Assembly: GCA_002772995.1 (NCBI GenBank)
Contig: PFCO01000009.1
Span: forward strand, 22,876-86,875
Direction: 5' to 3'
DNA: 64,000 bases
From: Candidatus Niyogibacteria bacterium CG10_big_fil_rev_8_21_14_0_10_46_36
GTDB lineage: Bacteria; Patescibacteriota; Minisyncoccia; 1-14-0-10-42-19
Under the pieces are notes generated by a model. That model was not told the DNA's origin and made no database searches. It saw only the letters and a program-made list of their open reading frames with translations. Position 1 is the stretch's first letter. Each line of letters opens with the position of its first letter. Position numbers and translations under genes: made by a program. Below, piece after piece: positions 9,172-19,078 of the stretch.

Positions 9172-9906
9172 CTAGCGCACAAGATCACTTACTACATGCC
9201 CAACACCGTATGCGATGAGGGCCGCGATTCCGCCAAAAAAGAGCATCTCAAGACCCGAAACAAACCAACTCCTGCCCGTAAAATACGCGCGCAGCGCTCC
9301 GATAAAAAAGAGCGCACAACCGGTAGCAACAAATGACCAGAAAAATATTGTTGATGAGTCGCCCGAAAGCAAAAAATACGGCAAGAGCGGCAAGATTCCC
9401 GCGCCAATAAAAGAAAAGAATGTCGCAATGCCATGCTTGAGTGCTCCGCGGTGATCGGGCGGGGCAAATCCAAGCTCTTCATACATCATAAGATCTACCC
9501 AGAATTTTTTATTATTTGTTATGAGCGCCGTCAGCCGCTCAAGCTCTTCGCCGGCATATCCTTTGCGCGCGAGTATGACGCGTATTTCTTCAACCTCAGC
9601 TTGAGGGCGGGTTGCTACCTCGCCCTCTTCAACCATACGTTCCCGAAAATAGAGATCTCTGTTTGATTTTGTTGCAAGATAATTTGATGTTGCCATCGAA
9701 AAGGCATCGGCAAGCATGTTCGCAACACCAATAATTATGACGAGCACCGGCGAAAGCGCGGCGCCCGCAACGCTCGCGACAACCGCAAAGGTCGAGACAA
9801 TGCCGTCGTTTGCGCCGAATACTCCGTCTTCAAGAAAAAAACCGAGCGCGGTATGACGGAGACGCTTAAAATTTTTCAGCGATGTGTGCGGTTTTTTCGT
9901 ATGCAT
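9172..9906 (-). CDS. VIT1/CCC1 family Fe/Mn transporter
   Basis: VFGANDGIVSTFAVV, ADAFSMA..YL, MMYEELG, PLLPY. Confidence 0.93.
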   Translation of the reverse strand: MHTKKPHTSLKNFKRLRHTALGFFLEDGVFGANDGIVSTFAVVASVAGAALSPVLVIIIGVANMLADAFSMATSNYLATKSNRDLYFRERMVEEGEVATRPQAEVEEIRVILARKGYAGEELERLTALITNNKKFWVDLMMYEELGFAPPDHRGALKHGIATFFSFIGAGILPLLPYFLLSGDSSTIFFWSFVATGCALFFIGALRAYFTGRSWFVSGLEMLFFGGIAALIAYGVGHVVSDLVR

Positions 9907-9960
9907 ATACGCTCATAATAACACAACCCCGCGCATGCGGGGCTGTGAAGCTCGATGGTT

Positions 9961-10200
9961 TTATGACACGCCAAGTAGTTTAGAAAGCGTTTCTTGGTTG
10001 AAGCCGACAACCAAATTGCCATCTACATCAATAACCGGCACACCCATCTGCCCCGAACGCTCTATCATTTCATTGCGCTTCTCGGCATCAGTAGCAACAT
10101 TGTATTCTGAGTATTGAATATTGTGTTCCTGAAAAAATGCTTTTGCCATTTTGCAGTACTGGCATGAGGGGGTCGTGTAAATAGAAACTTTGTGTTCCAT
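9961..10200 (-). CDS. Glutaredoxin / NrdH-like redoxin
   Basis: YTTPSCQYC, SGQMGVPVI, VGFN. Confidence 0.93.
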   Translation of the reverse strand: MEHKVSIYTTPSCQYCKMAKAFFQEHNIQYSEYNVATDAEKRNEMIERSGQMGVPVIDVDGNLVVGFNQETLSKLLGVS

Positions 10201-10366
10201 GGTGGTAATACGTGCCTTTTACCCGGAGGCGCAAGGCGCATTAATGATAATCAGGGAAAATAAAAACCGCTCGCACGGCTTTTTCCTTTTTCTTTTATTG
10301 TATCATACCCGTCAAGAGAACGGGCAATTTATTGATGTGAAAAAGCCATTACGATACAATAGTCCT

Positions 10367-11332
10367 ATGACAAAAGAATCCCGACACATGCCCGAAAAAC
10401 CGCCTCACTACGAAGCGTATTCGGCATACGAAGCGGCGGATATCATTATTCGTACCGAAGAAAAACGGCTCCCTCGGCCGGACATGCATGCGTTCCGAGA
10501 AATAGCAGGAGAGGAAGATATCCGCAAAAAAGAAGAGCGGCTGCAAAAAACCCTCGAGCGTATCCGGCAGGATGAAGAACGACTTGACCCCATCCTGCGC
10601 AAACGGAGCTTTGAACAGAAAAAAATCAGTGACGCGTTTGAAGTAACGATTATTGCCCACGGAGAAGAAAGCGAATGGCTCGGATCAAATGTATTCATAA
10701 CAAGAACAACAGAATATGATGATGTACTAAACGGCGTTGATGCGGTGGCAGAGTTTAACGCTCCGCATGAGGGAGCCGAACACCCTCGCCTTGCGCTTGC
10801 AATAGACGCAACTACTGACCAACACTATACGACTATAGAGAAAAAAATAAAACAGAATGTAGAAAAAATACTCTCCCTAAAAGGAAGGACTGCGGAGGTT
10901 GAATACTTTGAATCCCAAATCACTGAAGAACGCGGTCATCTTACGCATACCGTTCCTATCGTACTTGGCCTTGAGTACCGACACGCAAAAGAGATACTTA
11001 CCGACTACGCAAACCTTATCGCGTTCCGGGAACTCGGCCGTGATGCGCACAAAGATGATATCCATGCGATACGCGAACGTTTTGCGCGGCACCCCGCACA
11101 ACGCGTATTCCTGAAAGAAGCGACAGCGCAACTTGAGCTCTATCAGCACATACTCAAAGAAAAAAACGACCCGGTAAGCGTGTCGTATAAAGAAAAGATA
11201 AGCGACCTGCAGCGGATCATACATGATATCGAAAAAGAGAAAGAAGAAATATCTCTGGAAGATCTGGAGGATGACGCGGTGCTCGAAACTATTATCCAAG
11301 CGTCTCCCCATATACAAAAAGACTACTCATAG
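10367..11332 (+). CDS. Conserved hypothetical protein, possible PD-(D/E)xK-like fold
   Basis: Long ORF; ATG 10367 is 6 nt after TACAAT; TTEYDDVLNGVDAVAEF...LALAIDAT core. Confidence 0.75.
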   Translation: MTKESRHMPEKPPHYEAYSAYEAADIIIRTEEKRLPRPDMHAFREIAGEEDIRKKEERLQKTLERIRQDEERLDPILRKRSFEQKKISDAFEVTIIAHGEESEWLGSNVFITRTTEYDDVLNGVDAVAEFNAPHEGAEHPRLALAIDATTDQHYTTIEKKIKQNVEKILSLKGRTAEVEYFESQITEERGHLTHTVPIVLGLEYRHAKEILTDYANLIAFRELGRDAHKDDIHAIRERFARHPAQRVFLKEATAQLELYQHILKEKNDPVSVSYKEKISDLQRIIHDIEKEKEEISLEDLEDDAVLETIIQASPHIQKDYS

Positions 11333-11479
11333 CTATGAGTAGTCTTTTTCGATTTTTCTCTCAAGCACTTTTCCCTTTACGCGCTTTTCTTTTTCTTTCT
11401 GTTTCTTGGACTTCATCGGTCCGCCTGCTGGCGGTATCGGTTTTCGTATTGATTGGTATATGGTTTTCTTTTTTTTCAT
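11333..11479 (-). CDS. Small very basic protein (48 aa)
   Basis: GGAGG SD before ATG 11479; MKKKKTIYQSIRKPIPPAGGPMKSKK; 22 nt after the rpoD stop. Confidence 0.65.
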   Translation of the reverse strand: MKKKKTIYQSIRKPIPPAGGPMKSKKQKEKEKRVKGKVLERKIEKDYS

Positions 11480-11501
11480 GGCGTTTCCCCTCCGCACATT
11501 G

Positions 11502-12740
11502 TTAATATCCCAACAATTTGTTTGCTTTATCATGCGTGCGTATTTTTTCGAGCGCCTTAGCTTCGATCTGGCGGATACGCTCGCGCGTAACACCGAACTC
11601 TTTTCCTACCTCCTCAAGTGTGTGAGTCACGCCATCTTCAAGGCCGAACCGCAACGATAAGATCTTTTGCTCCCGCGGAGTAAGGTCAACGATTATTTCA
11701 CGGAGCTGTTCGCGCAACAGCACCCGCGCGGCTTCCTGTGAGGGAGAAAGGGTTTTGGTGTCCTCAATAAACTCCCCGAGCACCGAATCTTCTTCATCGT
11801 CTCCGACTGGCGCCTCAAGAGAGGCTGTATCCTGTGAAATTTTTTGGATATGAAGCACTTTTTCCGGCTCCATCTCCATTTCTGACGCTATCTCATCAAT
11901 AAGCGGTTCGCGTCCCAATTCCTGCGTAAGCCGGCGGAGCGCTTGCTGGTATTTTGAAATAGTCTCTACCATATGGACTGGAATACGAATGGTCCGCGAC
12001 TGGTCTGCAAGCGCGCGGGTCACCGCCTGCCTGATCCACCATGTCGCATATGTTGAAAATTTAAATCCTTTTGTATAATCAAATTTTTCTACCGCGCGCC
12101 GAAGCCCGATATTGCCTTCTTGCACCAAATCCATAAGCGTAAGGTTGGGGCTCCGCCCGACATACCGCTTTGCAATGGAGACTACGAGACGGAGGTTCGC
12201 CTCCATCAACCGGTTTGATGCGTCCTTATCGCCCGCCTCAATGCGCCGCGCAAGTTCTTTTTCTTCTTCGGAATTCAATAATGGGATTTTTCCTATCTCG
12301 CGCAAGTACATTTGCACCGAATCTGATGCTGGAGTCTCCGAAAGAGTTTTGCCTTTTTTCTTCCGTGATTTTCCCTCTTCAACATCTAAAAATTCTTTTC
12401 CCTCAAGCACATCGATGCCAACTTCTTGGAAGCGGTTGTACAAGTCGTCTAAAAAGAAAATGTTCTGTTCAATGTGCGGAAATATGGAGAGTATCTCGCT
12501 GTATGTCACAAAACCACGCATGCGTCCGCGCTTCATAAGATCATCTACCTTCTCTTCGGAAAACTCTTCTTTTTTGTTTATGCGCTGGGCTTTTGCCTGC
12601 TTTGCCGGTTTTGCTTTTTTGCCTTTCGTTGCCGCCGTTTTCTTTTTCGGTGCACGCTTTTTAGAAACGCCCTTTTTTGCCGTTTTTTTCGGGGTTTTCT
12701 TTTTTTTGCTTGTTTTTTTTGCTGATTTTTTCACTGTCAT
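11502..12740 (-). CDS. rpoD: RNA polymerase primary sigma factor (sigma70) with Lys-rich N-terminus
   Basis: [65 protein letters not shown]. Confidence 0.98.
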   Translation of the reverse strand: MTVKKSAKKTSKKKKTPKKTAKKGVSKKRAPKKKTAATKGKKAKPAKQAKAQRINKKEEFSEEKVDDLMKRGRMRGFVTYSEILSIFPHIEQNIFFLDDLYNRFQEVGIDVLEGKEFLDVEEGKSRKKKGKTLSETPASDSVQMYLREIGKIPLLNSEEEKELARRIEAGDKDASNRLMEANLRLVVSIAKRYVGRSPNLTLMDLVQEGNIGLRRAVEKFDYTKGFKFSTYATWWIRQAVTRALADQSRTIRIPVHMVETISKYQQALRRLTQELGREPLIDEIASEMEMEPEKVLHIQKISQDTASLEAPVGDDEEDSVLGEFIEDTKTLSPSQEAARVLLREQLREIIVDLTPREQKILSLRFGLEDGVTHTLEEVGKEFGVTRERIRQIEAKALEKIRTHDKANKLLGY

Positions 12741-12809
12741 ATAGGGAACACTATAATTGCTCGTATCTCATACGATACTGAAAAAGCGGCCGTTTGGCAA
12801 CCGCAAAGA

Positions 12810-14525
12810 CTATTCTTCGTGGAGCTCCTGCGAGAGACGCTTAAACTCTTCCATTTTCTTTTCAAGTAGGCCCACATCACCCTGTCCCTCCGCGCGCCGC
12901 ATATCGCTTGCTAATGTTTCGAGTTCGGCGCGTATGTGCTCCTTTTTAAGCCCGCTAGTAAGCTCCTCGAACTCTGCGTGAGCCTGCAAGTCATCTTCGT
13001 ACGCAAGCTCCGCTTCTAACGCGAGTTTTTTTATATAATGAGAACTCTGTGCCTCTTTCCCCGCAAGCGCGTGCTCCGCAAACTCCCGTCGTTCGGATGA
13101 AAACCATCCGGCATTCAGCTTTTCAAGTGTTGCTTGCGGCATGTCCTTTTTCCACGCAAGAATGCCGAGTATCCGCTCTTCAATAGAATCTTTGCGCGAT
13201 GACGCGCGCCGCTCCGGCTCCTTGAGCTGCTTCGGAGCAGCATCTGTGGTGCGGGGCGTCTTGTCCATTTCTTTCCACACCGCATCTTCCGCAAGCGAAA
13301 GCCGCCGGGCAATATCCTTCACCCAATAGGCCCGCTCCATCTCGCTTTCCATAGAAACAATATACGGGAGCACTCGCTCCTTCACGGTACGCAATAACGC
13401 CCGTCCGTCCTTTTCTTGCTCGGAAAATGCATCCATAAGAAATGCAATAAATGGAATGGGGTGCTGTATGCTTTCTCTCCACGCGTCAGCCGATTCTTTG
13501 ACGATATCCGCAGGATCCTTCCCCGGAGGAAGCGAGATAACGCTTACATCAAAGCCTTCCGCAAGCGCATGCTTAATGCTCCGGTCAGCGGCATTGAGCC
13601 CCGCCGCGTCGCGGTCAAATGACACTAACAGTGATTGCGCAAACCGCTTGAGCGTTGCCAAATGAAATTGCGTAAGCGCTGTTCCCGATACGGCAATTGC
13701 GTGCTCGACTCCCGCTTGGTGTGAAAGAACCGCGTCCATCTGCCCCTCAACAAGAATCGCTTTTTCCTCTTTCCGTATCGCGTCTTTGGCGTGGCTTAAT
13801 CCATACAGCACTTTTGATTTATCGTAGAGTATCGTTTGCGGGCTATTGATGTACTTTGAATCAGCGTCCTTCTGCCCCTCCGCGTCTTTATCAAAAATGC
13901 GTCCCGAAAAACCGACAATGCGCCCCGAGCCGTCAAAAAGAGGGAACATAATGCGTGCGCGAAATCTGTCAAAATGCCCGCCGCCGTCTTTTTTTACCGC
14001 AAGCCCAACTTTTTCTATTTCGTCTTCGCGGTATCCTTTTCTCTTCAAATAATCACAAAGGGTATTCCATTCGCGTTCGGCATATCCTATCCGGAACCGT
14101 TTCGCGGTCTCGCCGGTGAGCCCACGTCCCTTGAGATAGTCGCCCACATCTTTTCGACGTACAAGATTTGATTCGTAAAAACGCGCGGCATCATCCACGA
14201 GCGAGAGCAGGCGCGTGCGTTCAGAACGCGCGCGGGGGTCTTCGCGTTTAAGTTCCACGCCCGCGCGTTCGGCAAGAATACGGAGCGCTTCGGGGAACTC
14301 AACGCCCTCTAAGTCCTGTATAAATTGAAAGTGATCTCCTCCCTTACTGCACGAAAAACAATGCCACATCTGCTTTGCGGGAGACACGAAAAAAGAAGGG
14401 GTCTTTTCGCTGTGGAACGGGCAAAGCGCTTTAAAATTTGCGCCTGCCTTATCAAGTTTTACATACGAACGGACGAGCTCAACAATATCCAATCGCTCTT
14501 TGATTTGTTCTACAGGAGACGACAT
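12810..14525 (-). CDS. dnaG: DNA primase
   Basis: CPFHSEKTPSF..C..C zinc finger, KYINSPQT, VEGQMD, FDRDAAG, KDPAD. Confidence 0.98.
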   Translation of the reverse strand: MSSPVEQIKERLDIVELVRSYVKLDKAGANFKALCPFHSEKTPSFFVSPAKQMWHCFSCSKGGDHFQFIQDLEGVEFPEALRILAERAGVELKREDPRARSERTRLLSLVDDAARFYESNLVRRKDVGDYLKGRGLTGETAKRFRIGYAEREWNTLCDYLKRKGYREDEIEKVGLAVKKDGGGHFDRFRARIMFPLFDGSGRIVGFSGRIFDKDAEGQKDADSKYINSPQTILYDKSKVLYGLSHAKDAIRKEEKAILVEGQMDAVLSHQAGVEHAIAVSGTALTQFHLATLKRFAQSLLVSFDRDAAGLNAADRSIKHALAEGFDVSVISLPPGKDPADIVKESADAWRESIQHPIPFIAFLMDAFSEQEKDGRALLRTVKERVLPYIVSMESEMERAYWVKDIARRLSLAEDAVWKEMDKTPRTTDAAPKQLKEPERRASSRKDSIEERILGILAWKKDMPQATLEKLNAGWFSSERREFAEHALAGKEAQSSHYIKKLALEAELAYEDDLQAHAEFEELTSGLKKEHIRAELETLASDMRRAEGQGDVGLLEKKMEEFKRLSQELHEE

Positions 14526-14656
14526 AAAGATACTCTAATATACCTCATTATCATAGCATATTCAAAGGCAGGCACCCTCCATTGAAATAACGGGACAGCA
14601 CTGATACAATACCCCCGACACTGAACCTTATCATCACAATATTACGGAGGAGGCAT

Positions 14657-15697
14657 ATGGAATTTGAAGGCATGCCGAGAAGTTTTTGGGATAACAAAAT
14701 GCGCACCATGCAGGTATCGGGTTATTTTTTAAGCACGCTCCTGCAAGAGCTTGGCTCTATCTTTATGGGCGCGCATTATCTGTGGCACCCATGGGGCAAA
14801 CAGCGCGCGCAAGAATTAAGCGCCATTGGTTACCGCCTTATAGACAAAGCCGAACAAAAGCGCATACAAGGGTGGGGATGGGCAGGCAATGATACGGGAT
14901 TCGGAAACGGTGTCGGCTCAACGCTTGTTGATCATAGATACAAACGCTACTACGGCAGGGGGCATAAGGAAGAATTAACACCTCACCCGGAAGCGGTGCC
15001 CTGTATGATAGCGTTTGCGGTTGAATTCATTCTGCATACGCTCCCGCTTTTTAAACATCTGGAAAACAAATACTACCAGCTACGCAATCATTGGGTGCCC
15101 GAACTCGAAAAAATAATAGAAGACATGATGGAATCTCCCTGCATAGGAAATGACCCGATAGCGATACCAAAACTAGATGTAGCGTACAAATCACTTGAGC
15201 ATCGTGCATTTATGCATGAATGCGAGATATTAGCGCTTACACAAGCATCCATAGAAGAAAGTTTTCACAGAGAAAACAAAACGACAAAGCACAAAAAGAC
15301 GCGCCTCACCCAAAAACAGATACAGGCACTCCTAGAGAGCATTGGCTGGGGTGATGATATGTTGAATGTGTTAAAACATATCCTTGCAGAACAGGAGTCT
15401 CCATGGCGCGGCATTGCAACCCTGTTCGAAGAACAAGCGAAAGAAGACAAAGAAACAATCTTGTGTATTTTGTCTTCGGAGAGCAACATACAAGACATCA
15501 TACGCACCGCGTGGTACCCAGGGATGACTACAAAAGAAAATCTACATGCGTTCCCCTGCTATTCAAAAGACACGCTACGCAAAACAGAAACACTCACCAA
15601 AGGACTTACGCGGGCATTGACCTGTTCGCGGTTTGAATGGATGAATGACCTCAGAGAAAACCAAAGCGAGCAAAAAGCAATCGCCTCCGAAACATAA
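14657..15697 (+). CDS. Hypothetical protein (346 aa)
   Basis: GGAGGAGG SD, long ORF, own terminator; no family recognised. Confidence 0.75.
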   Translation: MEFEGMPRSFWDNKMRTMQVSGYFLSTLLQELGSIFMGAHYLWHPWGKQRAQELSAIGYRLIDKAEQKRIQGWGWAGNDTGFGNGVGSTLVDHRYKRYYGRGHKEELTPHPEAVPCMIAFAVEFILHTLPLFKHLENKYYQLRNHWVPELEKIIEDMMESPCIGNDPIAIPKLDVAYKSLEHRAFMHECEILALTQASIEESFHRENKTTKHKKTRLTQKQIQALLESIGWGDDMLNVLKHILAEQESPWRGIATLFEEQAKEDKETILCILSSESNIQDIIRTAWYPGMTTKENLHAFPCYSKDTLRKTETLTKGLTRALTCSRFEWMNDLRENQSEQKAIASET

Positions 15698-15700
15698 ACA

Positions 15701-15730
15701 AAAACCCCGGCACGAGTGTGCCGGGGTTTT
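15701..15730. terminator. Bidirectional intrinsic terminator
   Basis: AAAACCCCGGCAC-gagt-GTGCCGGGGTTTT. Confidence 0.8.
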
Positions 15731-15744
15731 CTCTACCAATCAAA

Positions 15745-15996
15745 TTATGAAAGATGCTGAGAAACCAGCTTGGTCATTTCGAACATGTTCACCGTGCCTT
15801 TGCCGCCGAAGACCTTCTTCAGCTTATCATCAGCATTGATGTTTCGCTTGTTCGCGGGGTCCTGAAGGTTGTGTTTTTTGATATATTCCCACAACTTCTT
15901 TACGACCTCTGACCGTGGCATGGGTCCTGCGCCGACCACCTCCTCCAAATCGGAGCTAAGGTTCATCGGCTTCATAAATGCGGAGTTTTTCGCCAT
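15745..15996 (-). CDS. Stand-alone SWIB/MDM2 domain protein
   Basis: LS.DL..VVG..PMPRSEVVKKLWEYIKKHNLQDPANKRNINADDKLK.VF. Confidence 0.95.
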   Translation of the reverse strand: MAKNSAFMKPMNLSSDLEEVVGAGPMPRSEVVKKLWEYIKKHNLQDPANKRNINADDKLKKVFGGKGTVNMFEMTKLVSQHLS

Positions 15997-16066
15997 ATGT
16001 ATTGTTATTAATTGGTAATACTTATAACGCTTTTCATTATAACAGAATGCAGGGAAGTATCAATCT

Positions 16067-16103
16067 GCAAACTACCTCGGGCTGAAACCGTGGAGAGTTT
16101 TGC
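16067..16103. repeat. Imperfect intergenic hairpin resembling REP / IS200-IS605 end palindromes
   Basis: GCAAACT-a-CCTCGG-gctgaaa-CCGTGG-ag-AGTTTTGC; no clean A/U terminator flanks. Confidence 0.35.
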
Positions 16104-16166
16104 CCTGTAAGGTTGTTTTTAGTTTTTTGGTAGAGCAATTTAAGGTTCTAACAGCGCATTTATTGT

Positions 16167-16679
16167 TTATACCTTTGTTCGCTCCTCATGTTGGTTAATC
16201 CGCCGTGCGAGGTCAACGGGATCAAAACGTCCTTTATTCTCTAAACGCAACAGCGGCACGCCAGCATCACTCAAAATATGTTCCACTTCTTTATCGCGCT
16301 CTTGTCGGTCGGGTCGTTCGTGACTCCTGTCGTCCAGCTCAATGGCGAGCTTCGGCGAGATATATGCCTTATCGCAGAGTACGAAGTCAACGGATTTGCG
16401 GTTGATGTGGGCGAATGCCGCACGCCAATTCTGTCCCTTCACTTTATTGTCTAGAATGGTTGGAAGATGCACCTGTGCAAAGATGTAATACTTACTGCCT
16501 ACGGCTGCAATGAGCGCGTCGTAGCATTCGTGTTCAGCGCGGGTTAGGAAAAACTGCTTGCGGGTATAGCGATACTTGGGTTTCTCTTTTTCATTATCAC
16601 CACCTTCAACAATCGTTTTGAGAAAAACGAGCACAACGACAAAAGCGACAATGATTCCTATGATGATGTAGATGCTCAT
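16167..16679 (-). CDS. DUF2726 family protein (N-terminal TM plus nuclease-like fold)
   Basis: FLTRAE..Y..L, IFAQVHL, KSVDFVLCD, AIELDDRSH...RD..V..IL..AGVPLLR. Confidence 0.88.
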   Translation of the reverse strand: MSIYIIIGIIVAFVVVLVFLKTIVEGGDNEKEKPKYRYTRKQFFLTRAEHECYDALIAAVGSKYYIFAQVHLPTILDNKVKGQNWRAAFAHINRKSVDFVLCDKAYISPKLAIELDDRSHERPDRQERDKEVEHILSDAGVPLLRLENKGRFDPVDLARRINQHEERTKV

Positions 16680-16727
16680 AAATTATACTTAGCAAAAAAC
16701 AAACTTCCTCGTGCTAGCTGTTAGATG

Positions 16728-16812
16728 CGGAGAGGGAGGGATTCGAACCCTCGATACCTTGCGGTATACCCGCTTTCCAAGCGAGCGCACTCGGCCACTA
16801 TGCGACCTCTCC
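16728..16812 (-). tRNA. tRNA-Ser(GGA)
   Basis: GGAGAGG...CTTGGAAAG, long variable arm, GGTTCGAATCC...CCTCTCCG. Confidence 0.96.
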
Positions 16813-16894
16813 AAGGCATTAAAATAAAAAGAGAATGATAATCATCTCTATTATATAAAAAAATTCCCGCATGTCTATCCATGCGGGAATTATA

Positions 16895-18052
16895 TTATTT
16901 TGATTGAAACGGAACACCGAGCTTTATCATATACGCGGCGTCGTACCACTCATCTTTGCTTAAATTTCGTGTCAGGAGATAAGCGATATCGGAACCGTTC
17001 TCTAAAAACAATACGCGCGCCGTACTATGTTTGTTCCACGGAAATATCGCCTTAAATAGACGAGCAATAGCAAAATCGAGCTTGCTTGGCTCTCCTCTCC
17101 CTTTCCTCTTACTGCTGAATATCCGCCTCACGATGCTTGAAGGTAGAAATTTACGAGTATCACGGATATGGCTTGTGGTGCGCATAGCAGATGTATTGAT
17201 GAATAAAATATCATTGTTCACCGTGACTGTCCCCGGCCATTCTGGAGGCGTATGCGTATGTCCGTATATATACATAACGCTTATGCCCTCTTCCGCCCCG
17301 ACAGCCTCCGTACATGTTGATAAAGATGCTTTCAATTCATCGGAGTTATATACATTCGAAGGATTATATTTTTTCCAGAATAAAAACGAACGCGGGTCAG
17401 TAAGCCAAGCGATGCCTTCGGGCTTTTCGTGAGTGAGAATAAAAAGCAGTTTTTTGTCTACAAGGGCCTCTGCGCCTTCTTTTTCGAGAAACGCAATACC
17501 GTCTTTGGGAAGATAGCGCTGCAATTCCGTGTTTCCTACCGCATCTTTATGCCAATTGGAAAGACCGATAAGAACGATGTTTCCTATTTCTTTTTTATAA
17601 TAGAGGCCGTCTCTGCCTAAAAGCTTTTTGCATTGCGCAAGGCCTGATTTTACATCGTGATTTCCGCATACACGGTACACGGCATCAGCATTCACGCGCT
17701 TTTCTTTTTGTTTGTAGTCTTTTATCTGCCAGTCTTTCCCTTCCTGCGTTAAGTCGCCCGCGACAAGCAGGACAACATGCGCGCCCGCAGCCTGTGTAAG
17801 CATTGTATTTACATTATCAAACGCCGTATCTATGCTTGCGCATTCTTCCTCATCGCGGCATTGAATATCGCTCAGCATAACAATAGCGGTATCCGCATGA
17901 AACACAGAAATGTCTTTCTTGTGTTTTTCGGTTACATACGGGCTATTTGTAGAACGAAGCGCCGCGCACCCCGCAGTACATATCGTAAGCACAATAAGTC
18001 CTACTATCACTGCCAAAGCAATAACAGGGAACAGCTTTCTTTCTTTTTTCAC
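16895..18052 (-). CDS. Calcineurin-like metallophosphoesterase, predicted lipoprotein
   Basis: SDIQ, AGDL, GNHD, THE, YGHTH motifs; GTG start 18052 followed by signal peptide and TAGC lipobox. Confidence 0.85.
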   Translation of the reverse strand: MKKERKLFPVIALAVIVGLIVLTICTAGCAALRSTNSPYVTEKHKKDISVFHADTAIVMLSDIQCRDEEECASIDTAFDNVNTMLTQAAGAHVVLLVAGDLTQEGKDWQIKDYKQKEKRVNADAVYRVCGNHDVKSGLAQCKKLLGRDGLYYKKEIGNIVLIGLSNWHKDAVGNTELQRYLPKDGIAFLEKEGAEALVDKKLLFILTHEKPEGIAWLTDPRSFLFWKKYNPSNVYNSDELKASLSTCTEAVGAEEGISVMYIYGHTHTPPEWPGTVTVNNDILFINTSAMRTTSHIRDTRKFLPSSIVRRIFSSKRKGRGEPSKLDFAIARLFKAIFPWNKHSTARVLFLENGSDIAYLLTRNLSKDEWYDAAYMIKLGVPFQSK

Positions 18053-18180
18053 CGCAGAACCCCCATATATAGTAAGAACAATTCCTTTCAGTATACATAA
18101 AGAACATACGAGCAAAAGTTGACATATAAAAAAATAACTGCCTAATAAATCAGCAGTTACTTGCACCCGTGCTTGTTATG

Positions 18181-19077
18181 TCACATATTCATTCCCCGCA
18201 ACCGCGCAACTCGGTCCTCTAACGGGGGATGGGTCATAAACATGCGGGACATAAACCCGGGGCGCTTTCCATGCGGATCAGAAAGCCATAGATGCGCCGT
18301 CGCATTATTCGCGCTTTTCATGGGAGCAGAATGTTTGCCTATTTTTTCCAGTGCGGATGCGAGGCCTTCCGGATAGCGTGTTAAAAGCGCGCCCGATGCG
18401 TCGGCAAGATATTCGCGTTTTCGTGATATCGCAAGCTGTATGAGCGACGCAACTATCGGCGATAGAATAGCGAGCATAACGCCGATAAGAATAATGACAC
18501 CTCCTCCCCCGCGCCGGTCCCTGCCGCCGTTCAATGACCCCCAGAAAAGCGAGCGCAAAAACATGTCAGACAAAAGCGCCAAAAAACCCACAAGAACAAC
18601 AACGATGGTGGAAACAAGCATGTCACGATTACCGACATGCGAAAGCTCGTGCGCAAGTACACCCTCAAGCTCGGACCTATCAAGAATACGCAAAAGACCC
18701 TCGGTCACCGCGACAACAGCATGTTCTGGATCGCGACCGGTCGCAAACGCGTTCGGCACGCTTTCGTCTACGACATACACACGAGGCATTGGGAGACCAG
18801 CGGTTATTGCAAGATTTTCCACGATATTGTAGAGCTCGGGGTTATCTTTTTTTTCCACCTTTTTTGCGCGGGTTAACCGAAGCACTATTTTGTCCGAATA
18901 CCAATAGCTAAAAAGGCTCATGAACACACTGAAAAGAACGGCAATAACAAGTATTGCCTGATTCCCATATATATATGAGAATGCCCATCCAACGCCGATG
19001 ACTACAACAAAAAAAACAGCAAACAAAAGCCATGTTTTACGGATGTTTGAATCCTTATGGGTGTACAGAGACGCCAT
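18181..19077 (-). CDS. htpX: M48 family membrane zinc metalloprotease HtpX
   Basis: PNAFATG, GVLAHELSH, SRKREYLAD, THPP; directly follows lemA. Confidence 0.96.
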   Translation of the reverse strand: MASLYTHKDSNIRKTWLLFAVFFVVVIGVGWAFSYIYGNQAILVIAVLFSVFMSLFSYWYSDKIVLRLTRAKKVEKKDNPELYNIVENLAITAGLPMPRVYVVDESVPNAFATGRDPEHAVVAVTEGLLRILDRSELEGVLAHELSHVGNRDMLVSTIVVVLVGFLALLSDMFLRSLFWGSLNGGRDRRGGGGVIILIGVMLAILSPIVASLIQLAISRKREYLADASGALLTRYPEGLASALEKIGKHSAPMKSANNATAHLWLSDPHGKRPGFMSRMFMTHPPLEDRVARLRGMNM

Positions 19078-19078
19078 G

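Noticed and set aside
18216-18228. CTCTAACGGGG resembling the palindrome arm at 58474-58487
   Set aside because: It lies in htpX, encoding the conserved HPPLE motif, and has no partner arm
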